From contig JBAZZB010000001.1 of the NCBI GenBank assembly GCA_041659045.1, positions 70,111-134,110 on the forward strand: DNA of 64,000 nucleotides, read 5' to 3'. Numbering within the stretch: the first letter of the stretch is position 1; every line of letters starts with the position of its first letter. The position numbers were made by a program, and so were the translations under genes. This DNA is from Patescibacteria group bacterium (GTDB lineage Bacteria; Patescibacteriota; Patescibacteriia; SG8-24; DYFX01). This document shows positions 32,519 to 41,897 of the stretch, in pieces. The notes under the pieces were generated by a model that did not search any database, was not told the DNA's origin, and saw only the letters and a list, made by a program, of their open reading frames with translations.

Positions 32519-33679
32519 ATGTCCCAGAACTTCACGCTGACCCATCAAGACAAAAACAGCCGCGCTCGCGCGGGGGTTTTGCATACCGATCATGGTGCCG
32601 TGGAGACGCCGGTCTTTATGCCGGTTGGCACGCAAGCGACGGTCAAAGCTCTCGACGCGGCGGACATGGAAATGCTCGGTGCGCAGATTATTTTGAACAA
32701 CACGTATCACCTGCATCTTCGCCCGGGTGAGGATGTCGTGAAGAAGCTTGGTGGCGCGCATGCGTTCCAAAATTGGAACCGTGCGATTTTGACGGATTCG
32801 GGCGGCTATCAGGTTTTTTCTCTCGGTGCGAAGAAATCCGCGCATGGAAACTTGGTGAAGATCGATGAGGACGGCGTCACGTTCAAGTCGCACCTCGACG
32901 GATCGAGTCACCGCTTCACGCCGGAAGAGGCGATCAAGATTCAGCAGAAACTCGGCGCCGACGTCATTATGGCGTTCGACCAGTGCACCTCAGACAGCGC
33001 TTCCGAGTCCGAGGCGCGCGCCGCGATGGAGCGCACGCATCGTTGGGCGGATCGTTGCCTTGCGGCTTTTGCCGATAAAAAAGACGCACCCGCTTTTAAG
33101 CAGCAACTTTTCGGCATCGTGCAGGGCGGCGTCCACAAGGAACTGCGCCGTGCTTCGGCAGAATTCATCGCTTCGCGCGCCTTCGATGGTTTTGCGATCG
33201 GCGGCGAGTCGGTCGGGTATAACATGGAAAAGACACGTGAGATTCTTGGCTGGATCGAAGACCTCATGCCGGAGGATAAAGCGCGCTACACGATGGGTGT
33301 CGGGCTTTCGCCGGAAGATCTTTTTGATGTGGTTGAAGGCGGCGCTGATATGTTTGACTGCGTTTCGCCGACGCGCACCGCTCGAAATGGCGCGCTCTAC
33401 AACCGCAAAGCGGGACGCTCGAAAAAATATCGCGTCGAAATCGGCAACAAGGCGCATGAGCAATCTATGCTCCCAATCGATGAAGAATGCGGATGCTTCA
33501 CCTGCAAAAACTACACCCGTGCCTATTTGCGCCACATCTTCCTGGCCGAAGAGCTCGCGTACTTCCGCCTCGGCACCATTCATAATCTGCACTTCCTCCT
33601 GAACTTGATGCGTGAGATGCGCAAGGCAATCCTTGAAGACCGTTTCCTCGACTTCAAGAAAAACTGGATCGTCGAATAA
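32519..33679 (+). CDS. tgt: tRNA-guanine transglycosylase
   Basis: TPVFMPVGT, NTYHL, TDSGGYQ, DMFDCV, CGCFTC. Confidence 0.96.
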   Translation: MSQNFTLTHQDKNSRARAGVLHTDHGAVETPVFMPVGTQATVKALDAADMEMLGAQIILNNTYHLHLRPGEDVVKKLGGAHAFQNWNRAILTDSGGYQVFSLGAKKSAHGNLVKIDEDGVTFKSHLDGSSHRFTPEEAIKIQQKLGADVIMAFDQCTSDSASESEARAAMERTHRWADRCLAAFADKKDAPAFKQQLFGIVQGGVHKELRRASAEFIASRAFDGFAIGGESVGYNMEKTREILGWIEDLMPEDKARYTMGVGLSPEDLFDVVEGGADMFDCVSPTRTARNGALYNRKAGRSKKYRVEIGNKAHEQSMLPIDEECGCFTCKNYTRAYLRHIFLAEELAYFRLGTIHNLHFLLNLMREMRKAILEDRFLDFKKNWIVE

Positions 33680-33712
33680 AAAAGCCGCCCTTCGAGATGA
33701 TCGGGGCGGTTT

Positions 33713-34231
33713 TCAGTTTTCCTTTGACTCGCGCTCTTCGGCTTGGAGCGCGGCCTCGCTTGCTGAGCGCAGGACGGCTTTGAGGATGAGGATCGCTCTC
33801 TGGCGATCAACTTCCGGATGCCGATAGAGAATGTAGGCAAGGTTGCCATCAGTGTCTTGCGCCGCGATCATCGCCGCGGCGACGGTCGGCGTGCGTCGCT
33901 TGATGACGAGCGCACCCTTCTCTTCAACGGTGAGTTCAACCTCAAGATCGTCGATCTTCTGGGCGATACTGTTCATCACGAACACGCTGTCTCTAGCGGA
34001 GTCGTACGCCTTCGCGAGAAAGCGGGGCTTGTCGCTGTTGTAGACGCAGCCGAACACGCCGACAATATCGTAGTTGGGCGAGTCCGCCGCTGCTGGGTCG
34101 CCTTCGATGACCTCGGAGTTGAGGAGACCGTTACGGACTTCGTAGTGCACGTTCACGAGCACGAGTTCGCGACCGTCGGGAATGACCGTGTTGAGATGCT
34201 CGTACAGATCTTCGCTCGTCATTGCCTTCAT
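33713..34231 (-). CDS. hypothetical protein, paralog D of four-gene array
   Basis: 172 aa, GGAGG RBS. C-terminal AMIAAQDTDGNLAYILYRHP. Confidence 0.75.
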   Translation of the reverse strand: MKAMTSEDLYEHLNTVIPDGRELVLVNVHYEVRNGLLNSEVIEGDPAAADSPNYDIVGVFGCVYNSDKPRFLAKAYDSARDSVFVMNSIAQKIDDLEVELTVEEKGALVIKRRTPTVAAAMIAAQDTDGNLAYILYRHPEVDRQRAILILKAVLRSASEAALQAEERESKEN

Positions 34232-34309
34232 ACAACCTCCTGAATGACGTACGTCCACTCCATCAAGGAACGCCCGCTTCGTCAAATGAAAAACCATCCG
34301 TGCGGATGG

Positions 34310-34798
34310 TTAGGCGTCGACGACGATCGCGCCTTTGATGGCGGCGTAGATCGTTGCGTCTTCGAACAATGGGAGATAGAAGAGTATCACGGTCGGTTGT
34401 TCTGATTGCGCGCGCGACATGGTAATCGCGGCGACAACCTCGCGCCCGGTGTACGGTAGCTTCGAGAGCGCTTCCGTCGGGAACTCGTTCGAGCCAGGCA
34501 GCGTCTGCATCAGGTAGCTCTGCATCGCTGCGCTGACCTCTTCGAACTCCTTGTCCTCGCCATGAATGTACGTCGCGAGCGTGCCGCCGTTCTCGTGAGT
34601 AACGACAACGAGCGCATCGTGCTCGAGAATTTCGACAAGCGACTCGATGCATCCCTTGAGTGGCCGATAGGCGAGAAAGCCTTTGGCCAAGTCATCCAGA
34701 AAATTGAGATACATCCAGAGCGCGGAACCTTCTTCGAGTCCGGCTGCCATCTTGTACATATGCGCTTCGATGGCTGCAAGCTCATCCTTCGTCGGCAT
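34310..34798 (-). CDS. hypothetical protein, paralog C of four-gene array
   Basis: 162 aa. The start overlaps the stop of the upstream gene (TGATG). Confidence 0.75.
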   Translation of the reverse strand: MPTKDELAAIEAHMYKMAAGLEEGSALWMYLNFLDDLAKGFLAYRPLKGCIESLVEILEHDALVVVTHENGGTLATYIHGEDKEFEEVSAAMQSYLMQTLPGSNEFPTEALSKLPYTGREVVAAITMSRAQSEQPTVILFYLPLFEDATIYAAIKGAIVVDA

Positions 34799-35313
34799 CA
34801 GCTGCCTCCCTTCATGGCTTCAGCTTCCTTCTCGCGAATGAACTGGATCGCCAGTTTGAGGTGACCGATCGCCTTCGCGAACGAGATATCTCGCTTCCAG
34901 GCGACGCCGACGAGCTTCACGCCGTCTTTGCGCTCACCGTAATAAGCGAATACAAGCGTCGTCGCCGGTTCCGGCACGGAAGCGCGTGCTTCCTCCGGTG
35001 TCGTGGGTTTGCCTGGTTGGGACAGAATCGCCTTGAGCAGCGTGTCGCGATCTTGCAGTTCCTCGCCATTGTTCGACGCGGGGTAGAGAAAGAATCGGAG
35101 CGCGCCGTCGGCGGTCGTGCCGATCGTGAAAAGTGAACGCCAGAACGGGCTGCCTGTTTCTTCCGGACCCTCGATCGCTCGATGATCGAGAATGTCACTG
35201 TCCATGTCGGTAAGCGCCTTGAGCAAGGTGCGACCCCCGTGGTTCAGGGGAAGCAGCTGGTCCCACTCCGCCATCGCTTCGGAAACCGGCTTGAGATCTG
35301 CGTCGTCAGTCAT
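34798..35313 (-). CDS. hypothetical protein, paralog B of four-gene array
   Basis: 171 aa. The ATG is 1 nt after the upstream stop, with a GGAG RBS. Confidence 0.75.
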   Translation of the reverse strand: MTDDADLKPVSEAMAEWDQLLPLNHGGRTLLKALTDMDSDILDHRAIEGPEETGSPFWRSLFTIGTTADGALRFFLYPASNNGEELQDRDTLLKAILSQPGKPTTPEEARASVPEPATTLVFAYYGERKDGVKLVGVAWKRDISFAKAIGHLKLAIQFIREKEAEAMKGGS

Positions 35314-35314
35314 G

Positions 35315-35788
35315 TCACGACTCCAATCCGGAGCGGATACATCCGCGTCCGAGCAAGGTGGTGAGCCACCGCTTCGCTTCCTCTTCTTGGAAGCATGGGT
35401 GATAGTACAAGGCCAAGAAAGCTTCGTCATTCGTATCTTGACCCCACATCGCCAGGAGCAGCGTCTTCGGTTCTTCACGCAGGGCGTTTTGAAGCGCCTG
35501 ACGCTCCGGCATTTCCGCAACGTCGTCGCCGAGCAACCTTCGAAGCGCCATGAAGCGCGCTTCATCCGTGATGTTCGCGATATCGACGCAGAAGTCGCCG
35601 TAGAGCACGCCGTCGATCGTGGCTGCGGCCCAAACGTCGCAGAATTTTGGCGCGTGCGCCGGCCAGCGTCCGTAGACTTGTGTCAGTCGAAGCGTGCGTT
35701 CCGCCAGGTCCGTTGCCGAGACCTGAAACAGGCGTTCACGCGCCTCTGTGGCGGGAAAGGTCTGTTCGAACGGTTTCGAAAAGGGCAT
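35315..35788 (-). CDS. hypothetical protein, paralog A of four-gene array
   Basis: 157 aa, GGAGG RBS. C-terminal AMWGQDTNDEAFLALYYHP. Confidence 0.75.
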   Translation of the reverse strand: MPFSKPFEQTFPATEARERLFQVSATDLAERTLRLTQVYGRWPAHAPKFCDVWAAATIDGVLYGDFCVDIANITDEARFMALRRLLGDDVAEMPERQALQNALREEPKTLLLAMWGQDTNDEAFLALYYHPCFQEEEAKRWLTTLLGRGCIRSGLES

Positions 35789-35862
35789 GGCGACCTCCTG
35801 TGTGGGAGCCATGAACATTTGAGCATTTGGCTGGTGCGCGGTCAATGTTCCGAGCTGAGGCT

Positions 35863-36888
35863 TCAAACAATCAACATGGCGTCGCCGTAGCTGTAAAAAC
35901 GATATTTCTTCTTCACGGCTTCGCGATACGCTTTCAAAATCCTCGGTCGTCCGGCCAACGTCGAAACAAGCACGAGGAGCGTCGACTTCGGAAGATGGAA
36001 ATTCGTCATCAAAGCGTCGATGACACGAAATTTGAAACCAGGGCGAATAAAAATATTCACGTCGCCGTGCCAAGCGCACAACTCGCCTCCGCAGGCTTCG
36101 ACCGCGCCTTCAAGAGCGCGGGCGGTCGTGGTACCGACGGCAATGACGCGCCGCGACGCCACTTTCGCCTTCAAAATTTCTTTGACGGTTTTCTCGGGGA
36201 TCTCGACCCACTCTGCGTGCATTTTATGCACGTCGAGTTCGTCGGCGCGAATCGGCAAGAACGTGCCGAGTCCGACATGCAGCGTGACTTCCAAAAACGT
36301 CACGCCCTTCTTTTTCAACTTCGCGATCAAGGCTTTGGTGAGATGGAACCCGGCCGTCGGCGCGGCGACGGAGCCGACGCTTTTGGCGTAGGCCGTCTGG
36401 TATTCGGACGCGCGTGGCTTGCGCGTGATGTAGGGCGGCAGGGGAATCTCGCCGTTTTTATCGGCCAGCTTGATGACCGCATCCTTCTTCATGCCAAAGT
36501 CGACGAGAATCGAGCCGTCCGCGTCCTTCCATTCCACAGTCGCAACAAACCCGCGGGCGATCGTAATCTTCGATCCGTGCTGCAGTTTTTTTCCTGGCCG
36601 AGCGAGTGCGCGCCAGAAGTTTCCTTCTGGTCTCACGAGAAAAAGTTCGACAGCCGTTTTCTTGGTGTCGTCTAGTGTGCCGGCGAGTCGCGCCTTGAAT
36701 ACTTTACTCACGTTCACAACCAGCACGTCACCCGCCTCCAAAAAATCGGGAAGATCCTTCACGTGCTTGTGCGCGATCGAATCCTTTGCGCGATCAAGTA
36801 CCAAAAGTCTCGCCGACTCGCGCGGTGAAGCGGGTTTTTGGGCGATCAGGGATTCTGGCAGGTCGTAATCAAACTCGGAGACGCGCAT
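35863..36888 (-). CDS. queA: S-adenosylmethionine:tRNA ribosyltransferase-isomerase
   Basis: FDYDLPESLIAQ, PLPPYI, SVAAPTAGFH, AVGTT, TNFHLPKSTL, YSYGDAM. Confidence 0.97.
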   Translation of the reverse strand: MRVSEFDYDLPESLIAQKPASPRESARLLVLDRAKDSIAHKHVKDLPDFLEAGDVLVVNVSKVFKARLAGTLDDTKKTAVELFLVRPEGNFWRALARPGKKLQHGSKITIARGFVATVEWKDADGSILVDFGMKKDAVIKLADKNGEIPLPPYITRKPRASEYQTAYAKSVGSVAAPTAGFHLTKALIAKLKKKGVTFLEVTLHVGLGTFLPIRADELDVHKMHAEWVEIPEKTVKEILKAKVASRRVIAVGTTTARALEGAVEACGGELCAWHGDVNIFIRPGFKFRVIDALMTNFHLPKSTLLVLVSTLAGRPRILKAYREAVKKKYRFYSYGDAMLIV

Positions 36889-36958
36889 AGGATGACATTG
36901 TAGCATATGGTGATTGACAAGTTCATCGAAATGCTGGAGGCTGCGCGCGGGAGGAATC

Positions 36959-37426
36959 ATGAAGCTTCTCGAAGGACACGACTTGCACGAAGACCTGCCG
37001 CGCGAACGGATCAAGATCAACGCCGATCTTGTCCTGCCGGATTCCGTCCGGTGTCGACTCGGCCTCAAGACAAACGAGGATCCGAACGCGCCGTACTTGA
37101 CGGTCAAGCTCGGTTTCTACAGAACCGGCGATGCGGTGTACGAGCACGACTTCCGGGACCCGCCGCCGACGATGTACCTCGATCAGGTCGGCGTGAGCGG
37201 ACTCGTGCTCTTCAATTGCGCGGGTGCGGACTGTGAAGACGCTCTGCACGAGCTGATTGACCTGACCGGCAACCGCGCGTTCACGCCGCTCGCCGACATC
37301 CAGATCGACCAGGATCATCACTGGGTCATCATCTCGCTCGCGATCGGCAAGAAGGGCGACCGCTACTACTGGGAAGCCGCCCACAACGTGAAGCTCGCCG
37401 ACTTCAAGCAGTCGCTCCATCTCTGA
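36959..37426 (+). CDS. hypothetical protein
   Basis: 155 aa, GGAGG RBS, TTGACA at 36914, downstream hairpin plus T-tract. Confidence 0.7.
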   Translation: MKLLEGHDLHEDLPRERIKINADLVLPDSVRCRLGLKTNEDPNAPYLTVKLGFYRTGDAVYEHDFRDPPPTMYLDQVGVSGLVLFNCAGADCEDALHELIDLTGNRAFTPLADIQIDQDHHWVIISLAIGKKGDRYYWEAAHNVKLADFKQSLHL

Positions 37427-37472
37427 TCGAACCCTTCCACGGGTTCGATTTTTCTTTTACACTGTCCTCGCT

Positions 37473-38303
37473 ATGCCCGAACTCCCCGAAGTCGAGACGC
37501 TGCGCCGCCAGATGGAAAAAGCGCTCGCAAGACGCTTGATTAAGAGTGTGGATATTCGTTTCGGCCGGAAAATCTTTCCATCAGCCGCCGCGCTCGTTCG
37601 AGCCGCCTCCGGCGCGAAATTCAAGTCGTTCGGTCGCCGCGCTAAACTTTTACTCGCGCATCTTTCAAACGGCTGGACGATCATTACGCATTTAAAAATG
37701 ACGGGCTCGTATCTCCTTAAGAAAGAAGAGGAGACTCCTACAAAGCATACGCACATCGTCTTTCATTTGGATAAGAAGGAGCAGCTGTGGTTTGAAGACG
37801 TGCGTAAATTCGGTTTTTTGAAACTCGTAAAGACCGCGGATCTTGAAAAGGAAATTTTCGAAAAAGAAGGCTACGGGCCGGAACCGCTCGATCCGACATT
37901 CACGTTCAAGAAATTCAGAATGTGCGTGACGTCCCGTCCCAAGAAAAAAATAAAACCGCTCCTGCTCGATCAGGGCTGCATTGCCGGCATCGGCAACATT
38001 TACGCCGACGAAGCGTGCTGGTACGCCAAGGTGCATCCCGAGCGGACGGTCGGTTCACTTTCGGAAAAGGAATTAAAGGGCGTCTACGCGGGTGCTCTGA
38101 AAGCGCTTCGTGAATCGGTGAAGCGGCTTGGCTCCTCGTCCGACAACTATCGCGATCTCTACGGCGAGAAAGGTGGTAATGTGCCGCATCTTTGGGTCTA
38201 CAACCGCGAAGGGGCGCCGTGTCGTCGTTGTGGCGCGCCGCTCAAAAAAATGTGGGTCGCAAGTCGCGGCGCACATTATTGTCCTGTATGCCAGAAGTCT
38301 TGA
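37473..38303 (+). CDS. mutM: formamidopyrimidine-DNA glycosylase
   Basis: MPELPEVET, HLKMTG, AGIGNIYADE, C-terminal Zn finger CRRC...CPVCQ. Confidence 0.96.
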   Translation: MPELPEVETLRRQMEKALARRLIKSVDIRFGRKIFPSAAALVRAASGAKFKSFGRRAKLLLAHLSNGWTIITHLKMTGSYLLKKEEETPTKHTHIVFHLDKKEQLWFEDVRKFGFLKLVKTADLEKEIFEKEGYGPEPLDPTFTFKKFRMCVTSRPKKKIKPLLLDQGCIAGIGNIYADEACWYAKVHPERTVGSLSEKELKGVYAGALKALRESVKRLGSSSDNYRDLYGEKGGNVPHLWVYNREGAPCRRCGAPLKKMWVASRGAHYCPVCQKS

Positions 38304-38968
38304 TGTCATTCCCGCGCAGGCGGGAACCCAGAAAAAACAAAAACATCCGAACCGTCATCGGAATTTTGAAACGGAAATTCCCCGGAAAAGGCGCGGTCGA
38401 GCTCGGTCGTCCTGAGGACGTGATTTTGGCGACCGTGTTGTCCGCCCGCACGCGTGATGAGCAAGTGTTGAAGGTGTATCCAAAATTACGGAAGCGTTTC
38501 CCAACGCTCGCCGCGCTCAAGAAAGCGCCGGTTTCCAGGATTGCCTCAGCGATCAATGAGATCGGCCTGTATCGCGCCAAAGCGAAATCCGTGAAGGGGA
38601 TTGCCACGGCGCTGATCGATACGTATGACGGCAAGGTGCCCTCGACGATGGAGGAGCTTATGGCCTTGCCGGGCGTCGGTCGCAAAACGGCCAACTGTGT
38701 TTTGTGTTATGCTTTTAAAAAGCCTGCGATCGCCGTTGATACGCATGTACATCGCGTCACAAACCGTCTTGGCTGGGTGCGCGCCAACGACCCACTCAAG
38801 ACGGAGCTTGCGCTCACGCGGCTGATTCCGAAAGATCTTTGGCTTCACGTGAATCGGGTATTCGTCCAATTCGGACGCACGGTCTGTATTCCGGGCCGTC
38901 CGCGCTGCTGGAAGTGCCCTGTTTTTCGCCTCTGCCGCTTTCCTCGCAAGACACTTACACCACCATGA
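38303..38968 (+). CDS. nth: endonuclease III
   Basis: LSARTRD, HhH LPGVGRKTAN, VDTHV, Fe-S motif CIPGRPRCWKCPVFRLC. Confidence 0.92.
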   Translation: MSFPRRREPRKNKNIRTVIGILKRKFPGKGAVELGRPEDVILATVLSARTRDEQVLKVYPKLRKRFPTLAALKKAPVSRIASAINEIGLYRAKAKSVKGIATALIDTYDGKVPSTMEELMALPGVGRKTANCVLCYAFKKPAIAVDTHVHRVTNRLGWVRANDPLKTELALTRLIPKDLWLHVNRVFVQFGRTVCIPGRPRCWKCPVFRLCRFPRKTLTPP

Positions 38969-40530
38969 AATCGAAAGGGTTTACGCTTGTTGAGCTGCTC
39001 ATCACGACAACCATCATTGGATTGTTGTCGGTGGCGGGTACGGCGACGTATCAATTTATCCGCGTGAGCGCGCGTGACGCCAGGCGCGTCTCCGATATCC
39101 GCACGATCCGCAACGCGATCGAGCTGTATTTTGAACAGAACGCCTATTACCCCGTCGCGCCGCCGGAGGGAATCGTTCTTGGTTCCGAAAACGGAAAGAT
39201 GATCTCCGACGCCGGTATTACCGCGCGAGGCGGCGAGCGCGGCTTGGTGTATCTGCAAGAAGTGCCGTTCAACGTGTTGCCGCATGGGCTTCCCTATACC
39301 TATCGATCGAAGACGCGTAACGGTGACATTTGCAGTTTCGGCAGGTGCCCGAGTTACGAGGTTGCTTTCGCGGTCGAGGCTCCGGTTGGTTCACTTGCGC
39401 CCGGTCCGCACTTGCTGACCGATGCCGGGATTCTTGGCGAGGAAGGTGGTGTGAGTGGTATCTCGAAGTTTGCGGTCTTCGTGACGTACCTGCCTTCGAA
39501 AGAAGAGCTGGACGCCGCGTTTGGCTCCGTTGAGGAGCTTGCCGCGCTCGCTGCTGAAACCGCGGGTCGTGAAGATGTGCAGGCCGCGAACGAGAAAATT
39601 GTCGTGCCTGTTTCTCTTGTATCGATTCTCGCGAGTATCAGTGCTGCCGTTGCTTCGGCGGTTCCTCTTGGGAACGTCGGTCGGGTCGCCGTCTTTTTCT
39701 TCGCGCAGCCCCTTCTCTATTTTTCGCGCCGCAAACGTGAGCGCTGGGGTGTTGTGTATCATGCCGGAACGAAAGTGCCGATCGATCTCGCGACGGTGCG
39801 TTTGCTTGATATAAAAACCGACCGCGTTGTTTCCACGAAGGTGACCGACAAGGATGGGCGCTTCGCCTTCGCGCCAGAGGCCGGGGAATATCGTTTGGAA
39901 GTCGTGAAGCCGGGATTCGTGTTTCCTGCTGTGTCTCTTCAGGCGGTGAGCGAAGATGGCATGTATACCGATATCTACCACGGCACGCTGCTTCGCGCTG
40001 CGGGTGGAGCGCAGGTGTTGTCGGTAAACGTTCCACTCGATCCGAAAGATGAACCGGCGACGGAGATACGCGAACTTTTGTCAGAGCGAAACAAAAATAC
40101 ATTGCGCACGTCGGCGGCATTGGCTGGTCCGATCCTTGCCACGCTCGCGCTCGTGATTACTCCGTCGCTCAGGATGGTGGCGCTTTTCCTGTTCCAAGCG
40201 CTTCTGTACCAAGTCTTCAAACGGTTCGCCGAACCGCCGCAACCGAGGTCGTATGGCGTGCTTCACGATATCGATACGCGCCAGCCGATCGCGGGTGCCG
40301 TCGTACGCGTCATCTCGCTGCCGTACCATAAAGTGCTTGAAACCCGCCTGACCGACGCACAGGGTCGTTATGCCTTTAACGTCGGGGCCGGGCTCTACTA
40401 TCTCACGGCACTCAAACCCGGCTATGAGAAGACGGAAACTGATCAAATCGACTTCAGCAAGAACGAAAAACCGGCCTGGATCGCTTCCGACCTCCCCATG
40501 CAGAAAAGTCGTCCGAGACTGGATTCATAA
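38965..40530 (+). CDS. type IV prepilin-like protein fused to TM segments and two carboxypeptidase-regulatory-like beta domains
   Basis: KG|FTLVELL, ARDARRVSD, VTDKDGRFAF, LTDAQGRYAF. Confidence 0.8.
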   Translation: MKSKGFTLVELLITTTIIGLLSVAGTATYQFIRVSARDARRVSDIRTIRNAIELYFEQNAYYPVAPPEGIVLGSENGKMISDAGITARGGERGLVYLQEVPFNVLPHGLPYTYRSKTRNGDICSFGRCPSYEVAFAVEAPVGSLAPGPHLLTDAGILGEEGGVSGISKFAVFVTYLPSKEELDAAFGSVEELAALAAETAGREDVQAANEKIVVPVSLVSILASISAAVASAVPLGNVGRVAVFFFAQPLLYFSRRKRERWGVVYHAGTKVPIDLATVRLLDIKTDRVVSTKVTDKDGRFAFAPEAGEYRLEVVKPGFVFPAVSLQAVSEDGMYTDIYHGTLLRAAGGAQVLSVNVPLDPKDEPATEIRELLSERNKNTLRTSAALAGPILATLALVITPSLRMVALFLFQALLYQVFKRFAEPPQPRSYGVLHDIDTRQPIAGAVVRVISLPYHKVLETRLTDAQGRYAFNVGAGLYYLTALKPGYEKTETDQIDFSKNEKPAWIASDLPMQKSRPRLDS

Positions 40531-40554
40531 CGGGTTTTAGGCTAAGATTTCCCC

Positions 40555-41316
40555 ATGACATTCATTTGGATATTGACGGCGAGCGGCCTCTCTGGGCTTA
40601 TTGCCTTATTGCTCGCACTCACGCTGTATAAGGGAAAATTGTGGTCCCACGACCGATCACATGATTTTTTGAGTTTTGCGGCCGGTACACTCCTGACCGT
40701 AGCCTTTCTCGACCTGCTTCCTGAGGCAATCGAAGCTTATGAAGAGGCGGCGGGCGGCCACGCGGTCGACTCCGCGGTCTTGGCGGTTCTTGGTGGGTTC
40801 TTGTTGTTTTTTGTCATCGAAAAACTGCTCTTTTGGTATCACTGCCACGAAGAGCATTGCGACGTACATACGTCTTCGGCGATGGTGCTGATCGGCGACA
40901 CACTGCACAACTTTCTTGATGGCGTCGCGATCGCGGTTGCCTTCCTCGTCAGTCCAGCTGTTGGTGTCGCGACGACGATCGCGGTCTTCCTGCACGAAAT
41001 TCCTCAAGAGGTAGCCGACTTCAGCGTACTTCTGTCGAGCGGCATGGCGCCGCGCCGCGCGATCATCTTCAATATTTTCTCGGCGCTGGCGAGTCTTGGA
41101 GGTGCTGTTCTTGCGTACTTTTTCTCGACGCAGATTGCCGGCGCGCTGCCGGTCTTGATCAGTCTGACGGCTGGTGGATTTATTTACGTCGCCGCTGCTG
41201 ACCTTATTCCAGAAATTCACAAGGAACGACGCCGTTCGATGATGGTGCGCCAGTTTACGATTTTCCTCGCGGGTTGCGCGATTATTTTCGCAATGACGCG
41301 TCTTATTGCACACTGA
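40555..41316 (+). CDS. ZIP family metal transporter
   Basis: DLLPEA, HCHEEHC, GDTLHNFLDG, HEIPQE, DLIPEIH. Confidence 0.93.
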   Translation: MTFIWILTASGLSGLIALLLALTLYKGKLWSHDRSHDFLSFAAGTLLTVAFLDLLPEAIEAYEEAAGGHAVDSAVLAVLGGFLLFFVIEKLLFWYHCHEEHCDVHTSSAMVLIGDTLHNFLDGVAIAVAFLVSPAVGVATTIAVFLHEIPQEVADFSVLLSSGMAPRRAIIFNIFSALASLGGAVLAYFFSTQIAGALPVLISLTAGGFIYVAAADLIPEIHKERRRSMMVRQFTIFLAGCAIIFAMTRLIAH

Positions 41317-41897
41317 TGAGCTACGACGTTCAAATCTTCCGCGCATTGAATGGACTGGCTGGACGCGACGTAACCGTCGACGCTGTTTTTATTTTCGGCG
41401 CGAAGTGGCTGATTGTCGTCATGGCGGCGCTCATCGTTGCGTACGTCGCCTGCGCCTGGAAGACGTTGGAATTCGAAAACCGCGTCGAGCATGCTTGGCA
41501 TGTAGCTGTCGGGTTCGTCTTGGCGTTCGCGACCGAGAGGGTGATTGGATTTCTCTGGTTCCGTCCGCGGCCGTTTGTTGCATTACCGGACGTGGTGAAG
41601 CTCATCGAAAAGTCCGCCGCGGAGAAATCGTTTCCGTCAGGCCACGCGACTGCTTCGTTTGTTTTGGCATTCGGTCTTCTGTTGCACAATCGAAAATGGG
41701 GCGCCGCGCTGTGCGTCTTGGCGGTGGGGGTGAGCCTCTCGCGTGTGTTTGTCGGCGTGCATTATCCGTCAGATCTCCTCGCAGGCGTCGTTGTGGCGTA
41801 TGTCGCGGCACTCGTGACGCGCCCGGTCGCCAAGGCTATCGAGCCGTATCTCGAATTTCTTCCAGTTTTCCGCAAGTATAAAAAACGCGACGCATGA
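41316..41897 (+). CDS. PAP2 family phosphatase
   Basis: RPRPF, SFPSGH, SRVFVGVHYPSD. Confidence 0.92.
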   Translation: MSYDVQIFRALNGLAGRDVTVDAVFIFGAKWLIVVMAALIVAYVACAWKTLEFENRVEHAWHVAVGFVLAFATERVIGFLWFRPRPFVALPDVVKLIEKSAAEKSFPSGHATASFVLAFGLLLHNRKWGAALCVLAVGVSLSRVFVGVHYPSDLLAGVVVAYVAALVTRPVAKAIEPYLEFLPVFRKYKKRDA

